From Candidatus Krumholzibacteriota bacterium (GTDB taxonomy: Bacteria; Krumholzibacteriota; Krumholzibacteriia; JAJRXK01): DNA of 64,000 nt. Below the pieces are notes generated by a model, which saw nothing but the letters and a program-made list of their open reading frames with translations, searched no databases and was not told where the DNA came from. Below, in pieces: positions 59,791 to 64,000 of this stretch. A program made the translations under genes and the position numbers. How positions within the stretch are numbered: the stretch's first letter is position 1; each line of letters opens with the position of its first letter. Where the stretch lies: the NCBI GenBank assembly GCA_963727455.1, contig CAVSGG010000008.1, positions 96,001-160,000 on the forward strand, read 5' to 3'.

Positions 59791-61107
59791 TTAGAAACGG
59801 CGGGTGTAGCCGAGAGTGAAGATGTGGGCGCGACTTGTATACGCACCATCCAAGCCGTCGTAGTTCTGCCCCACTCCACCCTGTAGAGTGTTGCGGTCCA
59901 CGAACTCCACCAGCATGTATCCGGCGGTGAGATCATAACGTCCGTCTCTGGAGGTCCAGCTCAGGCCCAGACTATAGTCGTTGCGATTGGCGTCGGGCAG
60001 GAGAGGCGAGATCGATCCCTTGGGTTGAGGCGTCTCGTCGTGCACGTAGCCCGCCATGAAGCGCAATTGGTCGCTCTGGCGATATTCGCCGCCCACGCGA
60101 ATCTGCCAGGCGTTTTCGTAGTTTTCCTTCAAGGTCTCCGTACTGCCGTCAGCGAACGCAAGAGTGACCTGATCGAAGGTCGACCAGCCGACCAGGACAT
60201 AGTCCGCCTCCAGAGCAAAGCGCTGCGAGAACTCGTAACGCACCGCACTCATGAAGAGGTCGGGGAAATCCAAATCCCCGCTTACGCCCTGCGTACCCAG
60301 TTTCGTACCCAGAGCCGCGGTCACCGCGTCATCGATACTCTGAGAACCGGTGAGTCGCTGCGTCACGGTAGCATCTACGTCCTTGAACTTGTTGGTGACA
60401 CCCATCTTGTAGTTGAAACCGAGAGTGAGCGGATCGACCGGCTTGTACATCAGAGCCGCCGCCAATCCCATGCTCACGCCGCTCGTCCCGTTGATCTTGA
60501 CGTCCGCAATGTTCAGATCATCCGCACCCGTTCCCAGGTTGGCCGTCGCAATGTTTTCCAGAGTGAGGTGGGTGATCACCGCGTGCGCTCCGATCGAAAG
60601 CGCGAGCCGACGATGAGGCTGGTAGCTCACGACGGGGCTCAAGTAGTAGCCCTGGATCTCCGCGTTGGTGGAGAGAGGACGACCCGCGAAGGTGTCCTTG
60701 CGGTCCCAGTCGACCCCCAGTCCGAAGGGAGTGAAGACGCCAAAACCCGCCGACCAGTCGCCCCTCTTGTAGCTAAGGTAGGCGCCGGTGGGGAAAAACC
60801 ACTTGCCCGCGGTCGCGCTCTCCACATCCCCGGGATAGCTGATCGGGGCAGCCCCCTCCGACCTGGTGAATTTGGATTCTGGATGCAGGGGAGAAACGTT
60901 CAGCGAGAGTTGCCAGCCCTCGGGTTGAAACGAGAGACCGGCCGGATTGAAGAAAATCGCGGAAGGATCGTCCGCGGTGGCGGTGAATGCGCCCCCCAGC
61001 GCAGTGGCACGCGACCCCATCTCGTAAATGTTGAAACCGGCGGCCCACACACGGGCTGAGGGAGCGAACAGGACCGCCAAGGCGATCAGGGCAAGCTGTT
61101 TTCTCAC
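59791..61107 (-). CDS. fadL: FadL/OmpP1 outer-membrane long-chain fatty acid transporter
   Basis: AGFNIYE..ALGGA..ADDPSAIFFNPAG hatch, LPDANR, C-terminal YTRRF; GGAGG before GTG at 61107. Confidence 0.88.
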   Translation of the reverse strand: MRKQLALIALAVLFAPSARVWAAGFNIYEMGSRATALGGAFTATADDPSAIFFNPAGLSFQPEGWQLSLNVSPLHPESKFTRSEGAAPISYPGDVESATAGKWFFPTGAYLSYKRGDWSAGFGVFTPFGLGVDWDRKDTFAGRPLSTNAEIQGYYLSPVVSYQPHRRLALSIGAHAVITHLTLENIATANLGTGADDLNIADVKINGTSGVSMGLAAALMYKPVDPLTLGFNYKMGVTNKFKDVDATVTQRLTGSQSIDDAVTAALGTKLGTQGVSGDLDFPDLFMSAVRYEFSQRFALEADYVLVGWSTFDQVTLAFADGSTETLKENYENAWQIRVGGEYRQSDQLRFMAGYVHDETPQPKGSISPLLPDANRNDYSLGLSWTSRDGRYDLTAGYMLVEFVDRNTLQGGVGQNYDGLDGAYTSRAHIFTLGYTRRF

Positions 61108-61300
61108 TAGCACCTCCTGGATCCGAGCGTGAGGAGCATCACGCTAAACAGACCACAATATCTGATGTGGCCACGAGTTTCGTGGACCCGGGAGAGGATG
61201 TCCAACGCTAATCTGGGCCATGCACGGGCGGAGCCGAGATTCTGGCCTTTTTCGGCCCCAGGACGTAGTCTAGGGTTTTCCAGCGCCCGAGGAGCTTGGC

Positions 61301-62644
61301 TTGATTCTGGAACGATGCACGCACGCTCTCAGCTTGCCCGAGGCTCCGCTTGCCGTGTTGAACAAGTTGCATCGAGCCGGATTCCGCGCGCTAGCGGTGG
61401 GAGGCGCGGTACGCGATGCGCTCTTGGGGGTGGCCCCCAAGGATGTGGATCTCGCCACTTCCGCCACTCCCCGGGAAGTCGCCCAGCTCTTCCCCCACTC
61501 CCACGAGGTGGGTGCCCGTTTCGGCGTCATGCTCGTGATCGAGGAGGGCGTAGCCGTCGAGGTCGCCACCTTCCGCTCCGAAAGCGGATATGAGGACGGC
61601 CGTCATCCTGGGCGAGTCGAATTCGGCGCTCTCGAACAGGACGCGACTCGCCGTGACTTCACCGTAAACGGTCTCTACTACGACCCCCTCCGCGACGAAA
61701 TCATCGATCCGGTTGGGGGGATGAAGGACCTAAAGGCCGGTATCCTGCGAACGATCGGCGATGCCTCCCGGCGCTTCCAAGAGGACCACCTGCGCGTCCT
61801 GCGTGCCGCCCGCTTCGCCGCGCAACTGGATTTCTCTATCGAGAGCGACACCTTCGAAGCGCTTCGGGAAAATTCTGCCCGCCTGCAATACACCAGTGCG
61901 GAGCGCGTACGGGCGGAACTCGAGGCGATGCTCTTGGGTCCCAGGCCGGCACGTGGCCTGAGAATTCTGCACTATTGCGGGATCCTCGAGGTGGTGCTCC
62001 CGGAAGTGGAGGCGATGATCGGTGTCCAGCAGCCCGTCGATTTCCATCCCGAGGGCGACGTCTTCGTACACACTTGCCTGGCCCTCGAAGTCTTGCGACC
62101 CGATACCCCCGTACTCGCCTGGGGTGCCCTGCTCCACGACGTGGGAAAGCCCCTGACCTTCAGTGTCAAGGATCGGATCCGATTCGATCGTCACGTTCCG
62201 GTGGGCATGGAAGTGGCCGAGAAGATCCTGCGACGTCTGCGTTGCGATCGTAGTACGATCGAGCAAGTGGTCGCCTTGATCCGCGAGCATCTGCGATTTG
62301 CCGCGGTAATGAAGATGCGTCCGGCGACCCTGAAGCGCTTTTTGCGCCAGGAAAACTTCGCCGATCACTTGGCCTTGCACCGGGCGGATTGTCTCTCTTC
62401 CCACGGAGATCTCTCGCTCTACGATTTTTGTCGGAAGCAACTCGAGGGGCTCAGGGAGGAAGGCCTCAGGCCCAGATCACTTCTGAGCGGACGCGACTTG
62501 ATTTCCATGGGTTTCGCTCCCGGGCCGCTTTTGGGCACCATCCTGCGCGCCGTGGAGGACGAGCAGCTCGAGGGGCGCCTGCAGTCGGTCGAGGAGGCCA
62601 GGGCCTTCGTCGCTGCGCGCTGGCAACCCGGCACGAGTGCTTGA
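61301..62644 (+). CDS. cca: CCA tRNA nucleotidyltransferase with HD domain
   Basis: VGGAVRD, DVDLAT, RRDFTVN, EDHLRVLRAARF, HPEGDV, LLHDVGK. Confidence 0.88.
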   Translation: MILERCTHALSLPEAPLAVLNKLHRAGFRALAVGGAVRDALLGVAPKDVDLATSATPREVAQLFPHSHEVGARFGVMLVIEEGVAVEVATFRSESGYEDGRHPGRVEFGALEQDATRRDFTVNGLYYDPLRDEIIDPVGGMKDLKAGILRTIGDASRRFQEDHLRVLRAARFAAQLDFSIESDTFEALRENSARLQYTSAERVRAELEAMLLGPRPARGLRILHYCGILEVVLPEVEAMIGVQQPVDFHPEGDVFVHTCLALEVLRPDTPVLAWGALLHDVGKPLTFSVKDRIRFDRHVPVGMEVAEKILRRLRCDRSTIEQVVALIREHLRFAAVMKMRPATLKRFLRQENFADHLALHRADCLSSHGDLSLYDFCRKQLEGLREEGLRPRSLLSGRDLISMGFAPGPLLGTILRAVEDEQLEGRLQSVEEARAFVAARWQPGTSA

Positions 62645-62669
62645 TTTCTCCAGCTCACGGAACCTTGCC

Positions 62670-63356
62670 CTACGGCAGGAGTGCTAGTTCGTGTACGAGC
62701 TGCGCACTCGCGTGACGCTTGAATGACGTCGTGAGCGCCTCGGCCGTTTCGAAAATGCGCTCAGGTTCGCAGTCTGACGGTGCGAATACGATCGCCAAGA
62801 GAGTTGTGGTGGAGGCGGTCACGCGGGTGCGCGAAGAATCGCTGGTGGGCGAACCGAAGGCTCCCGCCTCGTCCGCGATGCACAACCTACCTTCCAGGTG
62901 AACCGGGCCCTTGCGAATCCCCGGATACTCCTCTCCGGACAAACCCTCGCGGATCGAGGCGCTTTCGCCCTGGATCCTGGCGCGATCGTAGAGACCAATC
63001 GGAAGCAGGGTCTTCAGCGAGGCGAGATTTCCCGAATCGACCACGTTGTTCAGATGATACAGCTCTCTGCCCTGCAGGGCCCGCTTCAGCAGGGCCTCGC
63101 TCGATGGTCTCGTGCGGGTGGGGTCGATTCCAAACGAGCGATAGAGGCGGCGTGCGTGTGCGACGCCATCGACCCGACCCACGCTCTGAGCTCGAAATCG
63201 CTCCTTCAGACGCGCGGCGAGCTCAGTAAGCTCCAGGTAGGCGTCCTCATCCTCATCGACTCTCACTTCATCGTACCACAGAGCGTGCGCGCGAACGCGT
63301 CCCGCGAGGCTTTCCGACAATCCAACCGAAGGATATGGCAACTCTTTGCTTGACAT
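62670..63356 (-). CDS. Stand-alone B3/4 domain (PheRS-beta-like editing) protein
   Basis: GIDPTRTRPSSEAL, NNVVDSGN, PIGLYD, GSPTSDS. Confidence 0.88.
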   Translation of the reverse strand: MSSKELPYPSVGLSESLAGRVRAHALWYDEVRVDEDEDAYLELTELAARLKERFRAQSVGRVDGVAHARRLYRSFGIDPTRTRPSSEALLKRALQGRELYHLNNVVDSGNLASLKTLLPIGLYDRARIQGESASIREGLSGEEYPGIRKGPVHLEGRLCIADEAGAFGSPTSDSSRTRVTASTTTLLAIVFAPSDCEPERIFETAEALTTSFKRHASAQLVHELALLP

Positions 63357-63532
63357 TTTCTCAGTCTACGTTTCGACCGTCCAGCCTACCTGGCGTCTGG
63401 TGGTTGACAGAATCCCTCGCTCCACGAATTCTTTAGGGAAGATGTCATGCCGCTCCGGGTCACGCCAGACTCGGTGAGATTGAGGGCTCTCAAGTGCGGC
63501 GTCAACTGACCGCAGGGGAATGAGATCGCGCG

Positions 63533-64000
63533 ATGATCGATTTTGAACAGAGGGGAATTCTCCGCAGCGCACAGCGCTTTCTCGGACCCTTCAAGCGGCC
63601 CGCCGAGGAGATCTCCGTCCGGGATTTCCAGGCGGTCGTCGATTTCCTTCTGGCGCATACCGGCGGAACCGAGGCACTGCTCAACGAACTATGTTCGTGG
63701 GAAGATCGCGAGCTGGATTCATTCCTGGGAGCAAGCTGGCGTTCGCGAGTTCCCGAAGCCCGTGAGCTCGCTGCCCAGCTGCTGATGCGCCGTGGCTGCG
63801 TTGGGCTCGTGTACCGCCTGGAAGAAATTCTTCGGGATGAAGACGGCGCCCGCTGGCTCACTGACGTCCTGAGCGATGTCGACGATGACGAGAGTACCCG
63901 CCTTCTGATCCAGTTGCTCGATCACGGGGAACTTGGAGTTCGCCGCGCTGCGAGCAAGGGTCTTTGCCGTCACCGCACCCGGCTCGACGCGCGGAACTTC
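63533..64000 (+). CDS. Hypothetical HEAT-repeat-like protein, partial
   Basis: Own translation MIDFEQRG...ARELAAQLL...LLIQLLDHGELGVRRAASKGL; frame open to the window end. Confidence 0.6.
   Translation, partial: MIDFEQRGILRSAQRFLGPFKRPAEEISVRDFQAVVDFLLAHTGGTEALLNELCSWEDRELDSFLGASWRSRVPEARELAAQLLMRRGCVGLVYRLEEILRDEDGARWLTDVLSDVDDDESTRLLIQLLDHGELGVRRAASKGLCRHRTRLDARNF

Noticed and set aside
63366-64000. Minus-strand ORF ending in TGA at 63719 (possible readthrough or frameshifted gene)
   Set aside because: A TAG follows ten codons later, and the plus-strand frame from 63533 gives a more protein-like HEAT-repeat product.

Overview
GC-rich bacterial chromosome window, densely coding and mostly housekeeping or envelope genes: CNNM/ybeY/pgpH/phoH, LysM lipoproteins, aspS, cdaR-like, amidase, M23, sigma factor, degQ, lpxH-like, porV-like plus a T9SS-type cargo, rlmN, an ECF sigma/anti-sigma operon, eno-ftsB-tRNA-fMet, gdhA plus a PPDK-like regulator, ispG, ubiD/mqnL, PP2C, ClC, icmF, mutY, fadD/SGNH/fadL, cca and a B3/4 protein. 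The PorV/T9SS tail, FadL, LpxH and a short FCB-type sigma-70 suggest a diderm FCB-related lineage (inference). No mobile elements, rRNA or CRISPR were seen. The most interesting region is 21.4-30.5 kb on the minus strand. A small secreted pre-peptide gene (GDPDEL core) sits directly upstream of a 1030-aa TPR-GAF-AAA+(GAFTGA)-HTH sigma54 activator. Downstream is a 0.9-kb gap with two near-identical sigma54 promoters, each with an IHF-like site about 40 bp upstream. One promoter appears to drive a ~380-nt structured RNA containing a sequestered 30-codon sORF, and the other a lipoprotein/DUF4384 operon. This looks like a candidate peptide-sensing (RRNPP-like) sigma54 signalling circuit. All calls come from reading motifs by eye; no searches were run.
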